The position numbers and the translations under genes are program-made. A stretch of DNA of 64,000 nt from an uncultured Chloroflexia bacterium (GTDB taxonomy: Bacteria; Chloroflexota; Limnocylindria; Limnocylindrales; CSP1-4). Where the stretch lies: the NCBI GenBank assembly GCA_963700555.1, contig CAVOXZ010000016.1, forward strand, positions 41,891 to 105,890, written 5' to 3'. Positions 31,074 to 44,135 of this stretch are shown piece by piece. The first letter of the stretch is position 1, and each line of letters starts with the position of its first letter. The notes under the pieces are model-generated. The model was not told where the DNA came from. It did not search any database and saw only the letters and a list, made by a program, of their open reading frames with translations.

Positions 31074-33488
31074 TGGACGAGCGATCGATCGCGCTCCTCG
31101 AGTACCCGGCCGTCCGCGACCGGCTGGCCGAGAAGACCAGTCTTCGAGCCGTCTCGGCGCCTCGCCCTGGCGCTGGTCCCGTCGAGCGACGAGGTCATCG
31201 TCGCGACGCGGGCTCGACGAGACCGACCAGGCCCGATCCCTGCTGCAGGACCGCCCGGGGGTCGGGCATCGGGGCCGCCCACGACATCGAGCCGTGGGTC
31301 GGCCGCGCGGCCCGTGGCGGCCGCCTGGATCCCGCAGCAGTTCCTCGAGATCGCCGAGACTCTCGATGCCGCCTCACGCCTTGCCACGACCCTCGCCGAC
31401 GAGCGCCGGCCGCTGATCCGCGAGCTCGGCCGCCGGCTCCACTCGCTGCCGGCGCTGCGCAGCACGCTCCTCCGCTCGTTCGATCCCGCCGGGCGAGCTC
31501 CTCGACACGGCGTCGCCGCGGCTGGGGGCGCTTGCGCGCGACGGTGCGGGTGGCGTACGACCGCCTTCGACGACGCCTGGACTCCCTCGTCGGCTCGGAG
31601 CTCGGCGGCGCGCTCCAGGAGCCCATCGTCACGATGCGCAACGGCCGCTACGTCGTCCCGATCCGGGCCGACGCGCGAGCGCGGGTCAAGGGCATCGTCC
31701 ACGACGCGTCCGGGCAGCGGCCAGACGCTGTTCGTCGAGCCGCTGGTGATCGTCGAGATGGGCAACGCGTGGCGCGAGGCCCAGTCCGCGGTCGACGAGG
31801 AGGAGGGGCGGATCCTCGACGAGCTGTCGGCGCTGGTCGGCGGCCACGCGGCGCTGCTGCGCGAGACGCTCGAGGCGCTCGCCCAGTTCGACTTCTGGGC
31901 CGCGAAGGCGCAGCTGGCCGCAGAGCTGGACGGGATCCGACCCGGAGACGGGCGAGCGGGACGAGGTCATCCTGCTCTCCGCCCGCCACCCCGGGCTGAC
32001 CGGCCGGGTCGTCCCGATCGACCTCCGCCTGGGCGACGGCTACACGGCGCTCGTCATCACCGGCCCCAACACCGGTGGCAAGACGGTGGCGCTGCGCACG
32101 CTCGGCCTCCTTGCGCTCATGCACCAGGCCGGCCTGCACGTCCCCGCGGAGGCCGGGTCGCGCCTGCCGGTCTTCGTCGACGTCTTCGCCGACATCGGCG
32201 ACGAGCAGTCGATCGCCCAGTCGCTGTCGACCTTCTCGGGCCACCTCCGGTCGATCACGCGGATCGTCGCGCAGGCGGGTCCCGCCACGCTCGTGCTGCT
32301 CGACGAGCTGGGCGCCGGCACCGACCCCACCGAGGGATCCGCGCTGGCGCAGGCGCTGCCTGGACCACTTCATCCGCTCCGGGGCGCTGGTCGCGGCCAC
32401 GACGCACTACGCCGAGATCAAGGTCTACGCGCACGAGACGGCCGCGGCGCGCAACGCGTCGGTCGAGTTCGACCTCGACACGCTGTCGCCCACGTACCGG
32501 CTCACGATCGGGCTGCCCGGGGGCTCGCAGGCGTTCGCCATCGCGGAGCGGCTCGGGCTGCCGGAGGCCATCGTGGCCGACGCGCGCAGCCGCCTGTCCG
32601 AGAACCAGCGGGCGTTCGAGTCGACCCTGGCCTCCATCCGCACGCAGGAGCGCGAGATCGCCGAGGCGGTCGAGCGGGCGCAGTCGGCCGAAGCCCGTGC
32701 CGCGGAGGCGCTGCGGACCGCCGACGACGAGCGGCGCCGCGCCCGGCGGGAGCGCGACGAAGCCGTCAAGGCGGCGCGCGAGGAGGCGCAGCGGTTGATC
32801 GACACGCTCAAGGACGAGGTGGCGGGCGTCCGACGCCGGCTGGAGCGCGAAACGGTCACGCGCTCCGGCCATCGACGCTGCACTGGCCCGCGCCGAGCGG
32901 ACCCTCGAGCGCCTGCCCGAAGCGCCGGCCGCGCGGGAGCGCACGGCCCCGGACCAGCCTCGAACGTGGCAGCTCGGCGAGCGGGCGCGCAGCCGGTCCG
33001 GCGGCTGGGAGGGCCGGATCGCGGCACTGGAGAAGGGTGGTACGCGGGCGACGCTCGAAGCCGGCGGTATGCGCGTCTCGGTCGCGGTGAGCGATCTCGA
33101 GCCCGCCCTCGGCACCGCCCTTGGCGGCAACGGCCCCTCGGCGGCCCCCGATACCGAAGCCGAAGCGGTTCGAGCCGCCACGCGGACGGGCAGCTCCCGG
33201 GGCCGAGGGACCGGGATCTCGAACCTGGGGCTGCAGCGGGCGCGGGCCGTCGCCTCGTCGCTCGACCTGCGTGGCGCACGCGTCGATGAGGCCCTCGAGG
33301 CGCTCGGACGCTACCTCGACGATGCCTCGCTGGCCGGCCTGGAGCAGGTGCTCATCATCCACGGCCTCGGGACCGGGGCGCTGCGCGATGCCGTTCGAGC
33401 GCAGGCGTCGTCCCATCCGCTGGTGCGGGACTTCCGCGCGGGCGAGCGTGGCGAGGGCGGCGACGGGGCAACGATCGTCCGGCTGTAG
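31073..33488 (+). CDS. mutS2: Endonuclease MutS2 with C-terminal Smr domain (several frameshifts)
   Basis: [71 protein letters not shown]. Confidence 0.92.
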
Positions 33489-33639
33489 GCCGGGTGGCTC
33501 CCTGCTGAAACGGGGTTGCGCTGCGCCGGGACGATGGTCCTGATGGCGTTCGCCGCATCCGCTGGTACCCTCGGTGACAGGCGGCAACGCTTTCAGCCGG
33601 TCCGCCGCACCGAATCCGCAACCAGGAGGGGGAAGACCC

Positions 33640-34567
33640 GTGTCGACACCCCGCGAGACACCACCCGCCGACGCACCGACTTCCGAGACCACGGCCGAGC
33701 CGGAGGCCACCATGGCGGCGAGCCCGGCCGAGCCCGACGGACCCGCGGGGGTGTCGACCTCCGAGGTGCCGGATGTCCCTCCGGTTGCGGCCACCCCTGC
33801 CCAGGTCCCCGTCGCCGAGGCGACGCAGCCGGTGGCGGCACCGCGACCCGGCGCGTCCCCACTCCGCTTCCTCGTCCGCCTCGTCCGCCTCCTCTTCGCG
33901 GTCCTGCTCATCGCCGCGATCATCGTCGGGGTTGTCGTCGGCGGGCCCATCCTGTACGACCGCTACGTCGCCCCGATCGGGATGAACACCGCAGACCTGG
34001 GAGCCGTCCGCGACCGCCTCGCGGAGATCGAGACCCAGCTTGATGCCGCGGGGGAGCGCCAGGCGGCGCTCGACGCGCGTCTCGGCTCCGTCGAGGACCA
34101 GCTCGCCGGCCACGATCGCCGCCTGGCGAGCCTCGACGCCATCGCCGCCGACCTGGGGGCTGCCGACACGACCGCCGCGGACGCGATGGCCCGCGAGGTC
34201 TCCGTCCTCAAGGCGATGGAGCTGATGTCGCGGGCGCGGCTCTTCCTCTACGAATCCAACTTCGGGCTGGCGGCCCAGGACCTCTCCGCGGCGCGAGATC
34301 TGCTCGAAGGCCTGGAAGGAGGGACGTCGGGGGCGGATGCCGGGGCGATCACCACCGCCGTCAATCGCCTCGACCGCACGCTGGCCGCCCTGCCCGACTT
34401 CCCGGTGGTGGCATCGGACGACCTGGACATCGCCTGGCAGGCCCTGCTCGGCAACGTGCCGCCCGCGGCCACGCCGACGCCCAGCCTTGCTCCGGCGCCA
34501 TCAGCGGCGGCGTCGCCGGGTGCCACGCCCGAGCCATCGTCGGGGCCACGCCGAGCCGGCACCCTGA
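33640..34567 (+). CDS. Hypothetical membrane-anchored coiled-coil protein (3' end uncertain)
   Basis: AGGAGG RBS and GTG; Pro/Ala-rich N-term, one TM, coiled coil, helical domain; as-is frame runs to 34704, likely true stop 34567. Confidence 0.6.
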
Positions 34568-34602
34568 CGTCGCTGATCCGCCCGCGCCACGGCGGGCGCT
34601 CG

Positions 34603-37347
34603 CTACGGTTTCGGGGTCGGGGTCGGCTTGCCACGCCGCACGCCACCACCGCCGCCGGGGTTCGGTGTCGGCGTGGGCTCTGGAGGCAGCGTCGGGCACG
34701 GTGAGAGCGGGTCGGTGGACACGCACTCGGTCGGCGGCGGGGGTCCGATCGGACACTTCTTTGTCGGCGCGAAGGCCCCGCCCCACGACCGCCCGAACGG
34801 GTACCACGCGATGCCGTACCCGGAGCCGTAGAAGTACGCCGTGTACGTCCGTTCCGGGCCGCCGGTGACACCCGGACCTCTCGCGGCCCGCGCCTGCCAT
34901 GCAGCGTCCGCGCGCTGCCAGGTCCTGAAGCCGGCCTCCGCGTTGCTGTAGTCGACGAACGACTTGGTCACCATGGGCCCGACGCAGCCCTCGCGCCACA
35001 GCAGGCCGCTCGCGGAATCGATGTCCACGATCCGCGAGTAGCTGGCGGATCTTCGTGGGCTCGGTCCCCGGGATGAAGAGCTCCTCGATCGTCCGCCCGC
35101 CGCGGGTCGGCTTCATGCCGGTGAACGCGTCGACGGTCGGCCGTGACCAGGCCCTTCGGCTTCGTCCGGGCGAAGCCCTCGATCTTCATCCCCTTCGAGA
35201 CGTCGGACAGGATCGCGGACCACAGCGGTGCCGACGTGTCGAGCGAGAGCTTGCCGTCGTTGGGCGTGCTGTCGGAGTTGCCCATCCAGACCCCGGCCAC
35301 CAGCGCAGGCTGGTCCTTGTCCGACGGTTGGGCGAGGTACCCGACGGCGAGCACGTCCTTGTTGTCGGTGGTGGTACCCGTCTTGTACGCGGCCGGACGG
35401 TAGGTGCTGCTCGTCACCCCGTCGGTCACCTTCCAGCGGGCCCAGAACGGGTTGACATCGCTGCGCGTGTTGCCGGCCAGGATGTCGGTGACGATGTAGG
35501 CCGCCTGGCGACTGACCACGCGCTCGCCCTCGACCTTGAGGTCCGCCGGCGGCCAGACCTGGGCGCCCGTGTCGTCGAGCACCTTCACGATGGTGTGGCG
35601 GGGCATCAGCACCCCCTCGTCGGCGATGGCGCCGAACGCGCTGATGAGGTCGATCGGGATGGACCTCGAGGGTGCCGATGCTCATCGACGGCACCGCAAC
35701 GGCGCTGCCGAGGTACCGGATGCCGAAGTCCTTGGTGCGCTGGAACTGGTGGTCGAGGCCGTTGAGGAACCCGGCCTTGACGGCCGGCACGTTGAGCGAG
35801 AACTGGAGGGCGCTCCGCAGGAGCACCGGCCCGCGCTCGGCCCTGTCGGCCTGCGTCGGCGTGAAGGGCTTGGCGCCCGCCGGGGCGAAGTTGGTGACCA
35901 CGTCCATGAACATCGTGGCGGCGGTCAGCGTGCCGTCATCGATGCCGATCGCGTACACCAGGGGCTTGAAGGCGGAGCCCGGCTGGCGCCAGCCGTCTCC
36001 GAGGACGTCGAACTGGGGCTGCATCTTCTTGCTGCCCTTGGCCGTGTACGACGCCGAGCCCGCGTACGCCAGCACCTCGCCGGTCCGGTAGTCGATCACC
36101 CCGGCAGCGGCGTTGTGCAGGTTGTGGCCGGACAGACCCTTGATCCAGTCCCACTCGCCGCGCGGGATCTGGCGATTCTTGAGCAGCTGGTTCTGGTTGT
36201 TGCTGTTGGGGATGATCGCCGCCGCGTAGACCCACTTCTCGACGATCCGCTGCATCCGGTAGTCGAGCGACGTGATCACGGTGTACCCGCCCGTGTCGAT
36301 CTTCTCGCACTGGTTCTCGCCGCACAGCAGCTGGCCCAGCTCATCGCGAACCTTCCACACGAAATGGGGCGCCCGCCACGCCGCCGTCGCCTGCGAGGCG
36401 AGGACGACAGGCTCCGCCTTGGCCGCCTCGTAGTCGGCGGCCGTGTACGCCTTCCCCGAGAGCGGCGAGCGGGTCTTCATGAACTCGAGGATCTCGTTGC
36501 GCCGCTGGACCACCGCGGTCGTCGGCGGCACCACGAGGCAGGTGGTCGTCTTCCCGTCGGCTCCGGTGCAGTCCTCCTCGACCGCGTTCTGGACGAGGTC
36601 GTAGGCACTGGGCGACTTGGGAATGCCCGCGAGGATGGCGTACTGGGCCAGGCTCAGGTCCGAAAGGCCCTTGCTCCAGTAGCTCTGCGCGGCCGCGGCC
36701 ACGCCGTAGCTCCGGTTCCCGTAGTAGTTGTTGTTCAGGTAGGACTGGATGATCAGCTTCTTGCCGTCCTCGCCCGGGTAGGCCTCGGTCAGCCTGATCG
36801 ACTGGATGATCTCGCGCAGCTTGCGCTGGTACTTGTCGGCGCCGGGCTCGACGTCGGACGGGAGCAGCAGCCGGTTGCGGACGAGCTGCTGGGTGATCGT
36901 GGACCCGCCGCGCTCGTTGCCCTGGAGCGTGTCCCAGGTGGCCTGCAGGAACGACCCCAGGTCGAACCCCGGGTTCGACCAGAAGCTGTCGTCCTCGATC
37001 GCCGTGGTGGCGTCCACCAGCTCGGCCGGGATCTGGTCGAAGGTCACCAGCTCCCGGCGGTCGGAGCCGAGCCGCGCGAGCAGCACCTCGCCGGTCCGGT
37101 CGTAGACGCCCGTCTGCTGGTCGTAGTTGATCGACTCCAGCGCCTCCTGGGGGTCCGGGAGATCCCTCGCGAGGTACGAGTACCCGGCGACCGCGCCGGT
37201 GGCACCGGCGAGGCCGAGCAGGGCGATGGTGGTGAACAGGATCAGCGGAAGGGCGACCGCCACGTACTTGGCGGCGCCGCTGCCACGCGGGCGGCGCTTG
37301 TCGTTCAGGCGACGACGGCGCTGCCTCCGGGAGAGGCTGGTCTGCAT
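34603..37347 (-). CDS. Class A penicillin-binding protein (transglycosylase/transpeptidase) (frameshifted)
   Basis: AIEDDSF, GGSTITQQLVRN, RKLRE, YLN..YYG; RQPGSAFKP, SLN, KTGT motifs. Confidence 0.92.
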
Positions 37348-37442
37348 TGCGGCCGTGACGATACCATGATGGGGATGGATCCCCGTTTGACCCGCTCGGG
37401 CCGGACCTTCGACGGTCCGGGTCCGCCTGCTGTGACATGTCG

Positions 37443-38752
37443 ATGACCGCGCCCGGCGACGCGCGGCGGCGATCGCCTGGACACGCTGCTCGATGACCTG
37501 GAGTGGCGCGGGATCCTGCACGCCACCACCCCCGGCCTGCAGGAGCGTCTGGCCACGGGACAGGTCATCAGCGCGTACAACGGCTTCGACCCCTCGGCCG
37601 ATTCGCTGCACATCGGGCACCTGATCCCGGTCCTCGGCCTCCTGCGTCTCCAGCACCACGGCGGCCGGCCGGTCGCGCTCGTCGGCGGGGGGACCGGGAT
37701 GATCGGCGACCCGTCGGGCCGGTCGTCGGAGCGGAACCTGCTCGACGCCGCCACGATCGAGCGCAACGTCGAGGCGATCGGCGCCCAGCTGGAGGGACTG
37801 CTGGACTTCTCGCCCGGGCCGTACCAGGCGCGGATGGCCAACAACCACGACTGGCTGGGGTCCATCTCGCTGATCGACTACCTGCGCGACGTCGGCAAGC
37901 ACTTCACCGTCCCGTACATGCTGGCCAAGGACTCCGTGCAGTCGCGACTCGAGCGCGGCCTGTCGTTCACCGAGTTCAGCTACATGACCCTCCAGGCGCT
38001 CGATTTCGCCACCCTGTATCGCGAGCAGGGCGTCGAGATGCAGATGGGTGGCGCCGACCAGTGGGGCAACATCACGGCCGGCCTGGAGCTGATCCGGCGC
38101 ACGGCCGGGGAGGCCCACGAGCACCCTGCCCACGGGATCGCCTACAAGCTGCTGCTGTCGCCATCCGGGGCCAAGTTCGGCAAGAGCGAGGGCGGCGACA
38201 CCGTCTGGCTGGACCCGGCACGGACGACGCCGTACGCGCTGTACCAGTACTGGATCAACGTGGACGACCGCGATGTCGGCACCTACGTCCGCTGGTTCAC
38301 CACCTGGCGACGCGACGAGATCACCGGTCTCGACCTGCGAGGTGGCCGAGCGCCCCGAGGGCCGCGAGGCCCAGCGGCGGCTGGCGTTCGACGTCACCCA
38401 GCGGGTCCACGGGGAGGCGGCGGCGCACGAGGCCGTTCGCGTGTCCGGGGCCCTGTTCCAGCGGGAGCCGCTCGCCGACCCGTCGCTGCTCGCGCTGGTG
38501 TTCGCCGCCACGAGCGGGCCCAGCGTCACCACCGCCGTGCTCGGCGGCGGGACCGCATCGCTCCTGGCCGAGACAGGGCTGGCGCCGTCCCGGGGCGAGG
38601 CCCGGCGGCTGATCGCCGGCGGGGCGATCACGATCAACGGCCAGCGGATCACCGATGCCACTGGCGCCGTCTCCGACCCCATCGACGGGGAGTGGCTCGA
38701 GGTCCGCGTGGGCAAGCGCAATCGGGCCGTGGTGCGGGTCACGCGCGAGTAG
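37443..38752 (+). CDS. tyrS: Tyrosyl-tRNA synthetase (frameshifted)
   Basis: GFDPSADSLHIGH, GGGTGMIGDPSG, QMGGADQWGNI, KFGKS, C-terminal S4-like SRGEARRLI..VGKRN. Confidence 0.95.
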
Positions 38753-38790
38753 CAGCTCGGCCCGCTGGCGGGCTCAGCCGGGACGCCGGC

Positions 38791-39546
38791 TCAGCCGCCG
38801 GGCGATCCGTGGCGCGACCGGAGCACGTCCATGACGGCACCGGGCTCCAGGCCTCGCTGCGCCAGCAGCACCAGCGCGTGGTACACGAGGTCACCGGCCT
38901 CACCGGCCAGCAGCGCCCGGGTCTCGGTGCGTTCCGCGCCGGCGGCTTCGGCCGCCTCGTCGTTCTTGGCCGCCAGCAGCACTTCGGTGGCCTCCTCCAC
39001 GACCTTGCGGCCGGCGACGTCCACCCCGCCCTCGAGCAGCGCGACCGTGTAGGAGCCCGGCGGGCGCAGGGAGGCGCGCTCCGAGATCGTCGACCACAGC
39101 GCCTCCAGCCAGCGGAATCCCTGCGGTTCCAGGTCGACCTGCTCCAGCGGGACGTCGACGGGGCCCGCCCCCGCGACGGCCTCCGACAGCGCGTCGGGAT
39201 CGAAGCAGGATCGTGTCTCGCGGTGACAGGTGGGGCCGACCGGCTCAACGCCGATCAGGATCGCGTCTCCGTCGCAGTCGAGCGCGAGCGACCGCAGCCG
39301 CAGCACGTGCCCCGACGTCTCGCCCTTCCGCCACAGGCGCCCCCGGGACCGCGAATGGAAGTGCACCTCGCCGGTGCCCAGCGTGGCCGCCAGCGCCTCG
39401 ACGTCCAGCCAGCCGACCATCAGGATCCGCCCGTCGATGACGTCCTGGACCACGCCGACCACCAGCCCCGCGTCATCCCACGCGACCGCGCCGGGGTCAA
39501 GGCCTCGCTGGAGGTCCACGGGTCCCGGGCGCGTCAGCCCGGTCAC
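38791..39546 (-). CDS. hisIE: Bifunctional phosphoribosyl-AMP cyclohydrolase / phosphoribosyl-ATP pyrophosphatase
   Basis: [29 protein letters not shown]; [18 protein letters not shown]. Confidence 0.93.
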   Translation of the reverse strand: MTGLTRPGPVDLQRGLDPGAVAWDDAGLVVGVVQDVIDGRILMVGWLDVEALAATLGTGEVHFHSRSRGRLWRKGETSGHVLRLRSLALDCDGDAILIGVEPVGPTCHRETRSCFDPDALSEAVAGAGPVDVPLEQVDLEPQGFRWLEALWSTISERASLRPPGSYTVALLEGGVDVAGRKVVEEATEVLLAAKNDEAAEAAGAERTETRALLAGEAGDLVYHALVLLAQRGLEPGAVMDVLRSRHGSPGG

Positions 39547-40346
39547 GCCGCGGCTCCGGCAGGCAGCATGCGCACGGGCAGTCCGGCTGCAGCCATCACG
39601 TCCTTGACCTCCGCGATCGAGTACTGGGCGCGGTGAAAGATCCCGGCCGCGAGGACCGCGTCGGCCCCGCCGTCGCGGATCGCCTCCACGAAGTGGCCCG
39701 GACCGGCCGCTCCTCCCGATGCGATGACCGGGACCGGCACCTGCGAGGTGATCGCCCTGAGCAGCTCGATGTCGAACCCCGACCCCGTCCCGTCGCGGTC
39801 GATCGAGGTCACCAGCAGCTCGCCCGCGCCGAGCTCGACGGCCCGCAGCGCCCACGCGACCGCGTCGAGGCCGGTCGGCTCACGGCCGCCCTGGACCACG
39901 ACCTCGAACCCGGAGACGGGCGTGACGTCCCGGCCACCCACGGTCGTCCGGCGCGCGTCGATCGCGACGACGACAGCCTGGCTCCCGAACCGCCGTGCGC
40001 ACCGGGTCACCAGGTCAGGATCCGCGACGGCCCGCGTGTTGAGGCTGACCTTGTCCGCCCCTGCCCGGAGGACATCGCGCATGTCGTCGACCGACCGCAC
40101 GCCGCCGCCGACGGTCAGGGGCACGAACGCCCGGCGCGCCGTGCGCTCGACGATGTCGAGCAAGGTGCCGCGGCCTTCCGGGGCGGCGGTGATGTCGAGG
40201 AACACGATCTCGTCCGCTCCCTCGCGGGCGTAGCGCTCGGCCAGCTCCGGCGGGTCGCCCTCATCGGTGAGGTTCACGAAGCGCGTGCCCTTGACCACGC
40301 GCCCGTCGGCGACGTCGAGGCAGGGGATGACCCGTCGGCGGAGCAT
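39543..40346 (-). CDS. hisF: Imidazole glycerol phosphate synthase cyclase subunit
   Basis: [39 protein letters not shown]. Confidence 0.96.
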   Translation of the reverse strand: MLRRRVIPCLDVADGRVVKGTRFVNLTDEGDPPELAERYAREGADEIVFLDITAAPEGRGTLLDIVERTARRAFVPLTVGGGVRSVDDMRDVLRAGADKVSLNTRAVADPDLVTRCARRFGSQAVVVAIDARRTTVGGRDVTPVSGFEVVVQGGREPTGLDAVAWALRAVELGAGELLVTSIDRDGTGSGFDIELLRAITSQVPVPVIASGGAAGPGHFVEAIRDGGADAVLAAGIFHRAQYSIAEVKDVMAAAGLPVRMLPAGAAA

Positions 40347-41002
40347 CAGGCGGCCCGTCCGGTGGACGCATCGACGGCGCCGGCCACCACGTTGGCCACC
40401 AGCCGCAGGCCGGCGGTCGACGACCGCTCCGGGTGGAACTGCACGCCGAGCAGCCGGCCGCGCTGCACCGCCGACACGAACGGGGCTCCATGGTCGGTCT
40501 GGGCGAGGATGACGTCCGCGGCGCCCGGCGCGGGCTGGCCAACGTAGCTGTGGACGAAGTAGAAGTCCGCGTCGGGCTCGATCCCGTCGAACGCGGGGTG
40601 AGCTCGCCGCCGGACGACCTGGTTCCAGCCGATATGCGGCAGCGTCGGGGCATCGCGGAGGCGCATCGTCCGCCCGGGGATGATGCCCAGGGTCTGGGCG
40701 CCGTCCTCGTCGGAGCCGTCGAACAGGAGCTGGAGCCCGAGGCAGATGCCCAGGAACGGGCGATCCGCCTCGATCCAGGCCCGGATGGGCTCGATGAAGC
40801 CCCCGTCGCGGAGCCGCTCCATGGCCGGCGCGGCCGCCCCGACGCCCGGGACGACGAGCAGGTCCGGATCACCGATCTCGGCGGCGGTCAATGCCCGATG
40901 GACGCTCGCGCCCGCAGCGGCCAGGGCCTGCTCGATGGACACGAGGTTGCCGGCGCCGTAGTCGATCACCGCCACGGTGGGAGCGGCCGGACCTGACCTC
41001 AC
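40346..41002 (-). CDS. hisH: Imidazole glycerol phosphate synthase glutaminase subunit
   Basis: DYGAGNL, PGVG, GICLGLQ, PHIGWN, YFVHSY, QFHPERS. Confidence 0.96.
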   Translation of the reverse strand: MRSGPAAPTVAVIDYGAGNLVSIEQALAAAGASVHRALTAAEIGDPDLLVVPGVGAAAPAMERLRDGGFIEPIRAWIEADRPFLGICLGLQLLFDGSDEDGAQTLGIIPGRTMRLRDAPTLPHIGWNQVVRRRAHPAFDGIEPDADFYFVHSYVGQPAPGAADVILAQTDHGAPFVSAVQRGRLLGVQFHPERSSTAGLRLVANVVAGAVDASTGRAA

Positions 41003-41626
41003 CCGAGCGCACCCTTGGTCGAGGCCACGCCGGCCCGCCGCGGATCCGGCTCGCAGGCGACGCGGAGCGCGCGGCCCAGGGCCTTGAAGGCCGCCTCCGC
41101 GAGGTGGTGGTCGTTGCGTCCCGAGCCGCGCAGGTGCAGCGTGGCTCCCGCGGTCCGGGCGAACGACTCGAGGGCATGGTCCACGAGCTGCAGCGGCAGC
41201 GTGCCGGCGCGCTCCGCCCGGAACGGGAGGTCGATCACGGCGTACGGGCGACCGCCGACGTCGATCACCGCCGTGGCCACGGACTCGTCCATCGGCACCG
41301 AGCTGTCACCGAAGCGGCGGATCCCGGCCCGGTCGCCGAGGGCCTCGGCGACCGCCGAGCCCAGGACGAGCGCGACGTCCTCGACCGTGTGGTGCTCGTC
41401 GACGTGGAGGTCGCCGGTCGCCCGGATCTCGAGGTCGAGCAGGCCGTGATGCGCAAGCGAGCCGAGCAGGTGGTCGTAGAAGCCGATCCCGGTCTCGATG
41501 TCCGCGACGCCCGATCCGTCGAGATCGAGGGCGATGCGTGATCTCGGTCTCGCGGGTCCGGCGGGTCAGCCGCACGCGGCGTGCCTCGCGCTCGATGATG
41601 TCGAGGGTGCCGAGCGGGGTGGTCAT
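40999..41626 (-). CDS. hisB: Imidazoleglycerol-phosphate dehydratase (frameshifted)
   Basis: RRTRETEI, GIGFYDHLL, GDLHVDEHHTVED, PMDES, NDHHLAEAAFKA, STKG. Confidence 0.93.
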
Positions 41627-42794
41627 GCGCTGGTCTCCACGGGGATGGCGGGCAGGGTCGTCGTGATGGCACGGACCGCCTCGAGCAGGCGGTCATTCTC
41701 GTCGGGATTGCGCACCGTGACCCGGACGCAGCGGCTCAGCGGGTGATCATGGCCGAACGTGCGGGGCACGAGCCCCCGGCGCATGAGCGCCAGCGAGGCG
41801 GCCTCGGCGCGTTCCGCGGTCACGAGGTCCAGGAGGATGAAGTTGGTGTCCGACGGCTGTGGCCGCCAGCCGGCCGCCTCGAGCCCTTCGGCGAGGCGGG
41901 GGCGCTCTCGTCGGACCCGCTCGACGTTGCTCGCGCATCGCCGTCTGGTCGCGCAGCGCGTGGGCCACCGCCGTGACGGAGATCGTGCCGATCGAGCCCG
42001 GGGCACGATAGACCGCGATCCGCCGGATCGTCTCGCGCCGCGCCGACCGCGAAGCCCACCCGCAGGCCGGCCATCGCGTACGCCTTGGAGGCCGTGCGGA
42101 CCGCGACCACGTTCGGGTACCGCTCGCGCAGCGGCACGACGGACGACCCCGTGAACTCGCTGTACGCCTCGTCCACCACGACCGCCGGCACGCCCGCTCC
42201 CGTCGATCGCGGCATCGGCGTCGATGCCGTCGAGCAGCGTCCTCGATGGCGCCGTCAGGCTCAAGGCGACCGGTCGGGTTGTTCGGGTTGCAGACCCAGA
42301 CCAGGGTCGCCCGGCGGGCCGCCTCGCGCATCGCCGGGACGTCCATCGCCCACCCGTGCTCCTGACCGAGCCGGGGGACGGCGATCACGTGCCCACCCCG
42401 CTGCTCGGCGTGGATCCGGTACATCGGGTATGTCGGCACCGAGACCGCGATCGATTCGCCGGCCGGGAGGAACGCCTTGGTGCACATGTCGAGCACCTCG
42501 TCGGCGCCGGCTCCGGGCACGATCTCGTCGGCGGTGACGCCGTACGCCGCGGATGCCGCCTCCACGAGTCGCCGGTAGTCGCCGGGCGGGTACTCGGAGA
42601 GCGGTCGTCTCGAACACGCCGTCGGCGAGGATCGTCGCGAGCTCGGGCGGCGGGGCAGGCGAGGTGTTGAGGTCGAAGCGCAGCACCTGCGACAGGGGGA
42701 CCCCGAACCGCTCGGCGATGCCCTCGTCGGTCGCCTCCCAGCTGTACGAGGCCGGGTCGGTGGGCGAGCTGACGGAGAACGGGCTGGGGCTCAC
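41623..42794 (-). CDS. hisC: Histidinol-phosphate aminotransferase (frameshifted)
   Basis: [53 protein letters not shown]. Confidence 0.9.
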
Positions 42795-44135
42795 GCGGCT
42801 CCCTCCTGGCCGGGCGTCGCCGGCGAAGCGCACCTCAACCGCGTCGCGGTGGGCGAGGAGCCCCTCCGCCTCGGCCAGGGTCCGGATCACGGGCCGCAGC
42901 GTCGCCAGGCCCTCGCGGGTGATGCGCTGGACCTGGTTGAACTTGCCGAACGCTTCCACGGCGAGGGGGCCGCAGCTGCGCGCGAGCCCGCCGGTCGGCA
43001 GCACGTGGTTGGCGCCCGATGCGTAGTCGCCCGCGGATTCCGGGGACCAGCGCCCCACGAAGATCGACCCGGCGTTGCGGATCGCCGCCACGGCGCCTTC
43101 GAGATCCGCGACCTCGACGGACAGATGCTCAGGACCGTAGCCATTGACGAAATCGATGCCCGCCTCGACCGACGGCACGAGGACGATGCGACCGTGATCG
43201 GCAAGCGCGCGCTCGAGGATCTCCCGCCGCAGCGCGCCGGCGAGCCGGCGGCGGACCTCGACCTCGACCGCGTCGGCCAATGCTGCATCGGGCGTCACCA
43301 GCAGGGCAGGGGAGTCGGGTCCGTGCTCCGCCTGCGTGATGAGGTCAGCGGCGACGGTGGCGACGTCGGCCGTCGCGTCGGCGAGCACGAGGCCCTCCGA
43401 TGGTCCGGCCGGCAGGTCGATGCCGATCTCGCCCACCAGCTCCACCTTGGCGGCCGTCACCCAGGCGTTTCCCGGCCCGACCACGAGATCGACCGGCTCC
43501 AGGCCCTCGTCGGGGAGCCCGAAGGCGAGCGCTCCCACCGCCTGGACGCCCCCGGCGACCAGCAGGGCATCCACGCCCAGCAGGCCGGCTGCACCGAGGA
43601 GCACGGGGTTGACCCGGCCCCCGTGGTCCGCGGGGCTCGCCGCGACGATCGAGCCGACCCCGGCGACGAGGGCTGGGACGGTCCCCATCACGAGCGAGCT
43701 GGGATACGGCGCAGAACCCCCCGGGGCGTAGACACCGGCCCGCGCCACCGGCAGCCAGCGGCGCTCGAGCTCCACGCCGGCGACGATGGTCGTCCGCACC
43801 GAGGCGGCCGGACGCTGGGCCTCGGCGAAGCGGCGAACGTTTCCGATCGCGGCCTCGAGCGCGTCCCGTTCCCGCGTCCCGAGGGCATCAGCGGCGGCCG
43901 CCAGCTCGTCGCGCGGCAGGAGCAGCCGTCCGTCCTGATGGCCGCCGCCGTACCTGGCGCCGGCCTCCCGGACGGCGATCGATCCCCGGTCCCGGACATC
44001 CGCAAGAATGGCGCGCGCCCTGTCCCGGACGGCCGGGTCCGGGACGGCCCCGCGGCGGAACAGGGCATCGCGGGCGCGGAGCGCCGCGGCATCGGGGTCG
44101 CGGAGATCCAGCCGCGTCAGCTGCAGCTCGCTCAT
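42791..44135 (-). CDS. hisD: Histidinol dehydrogenase (as assembled, reads in frame into hisC)
   Basis: GVYAPGG, GGVQA, VGPGNAWV, AGPSE, QAEH, PEHL, GDYASGANHVLPT, EGLLAH. Confidence 0.95.

Noticed and set aside
35113-38742. 1209-aa ORF suggesting a giant PBP
   Set aside because: The first ~465 aa are the antisense of tyrS; the PBP starts at ATG 37347 (MQTSLSRRQ).
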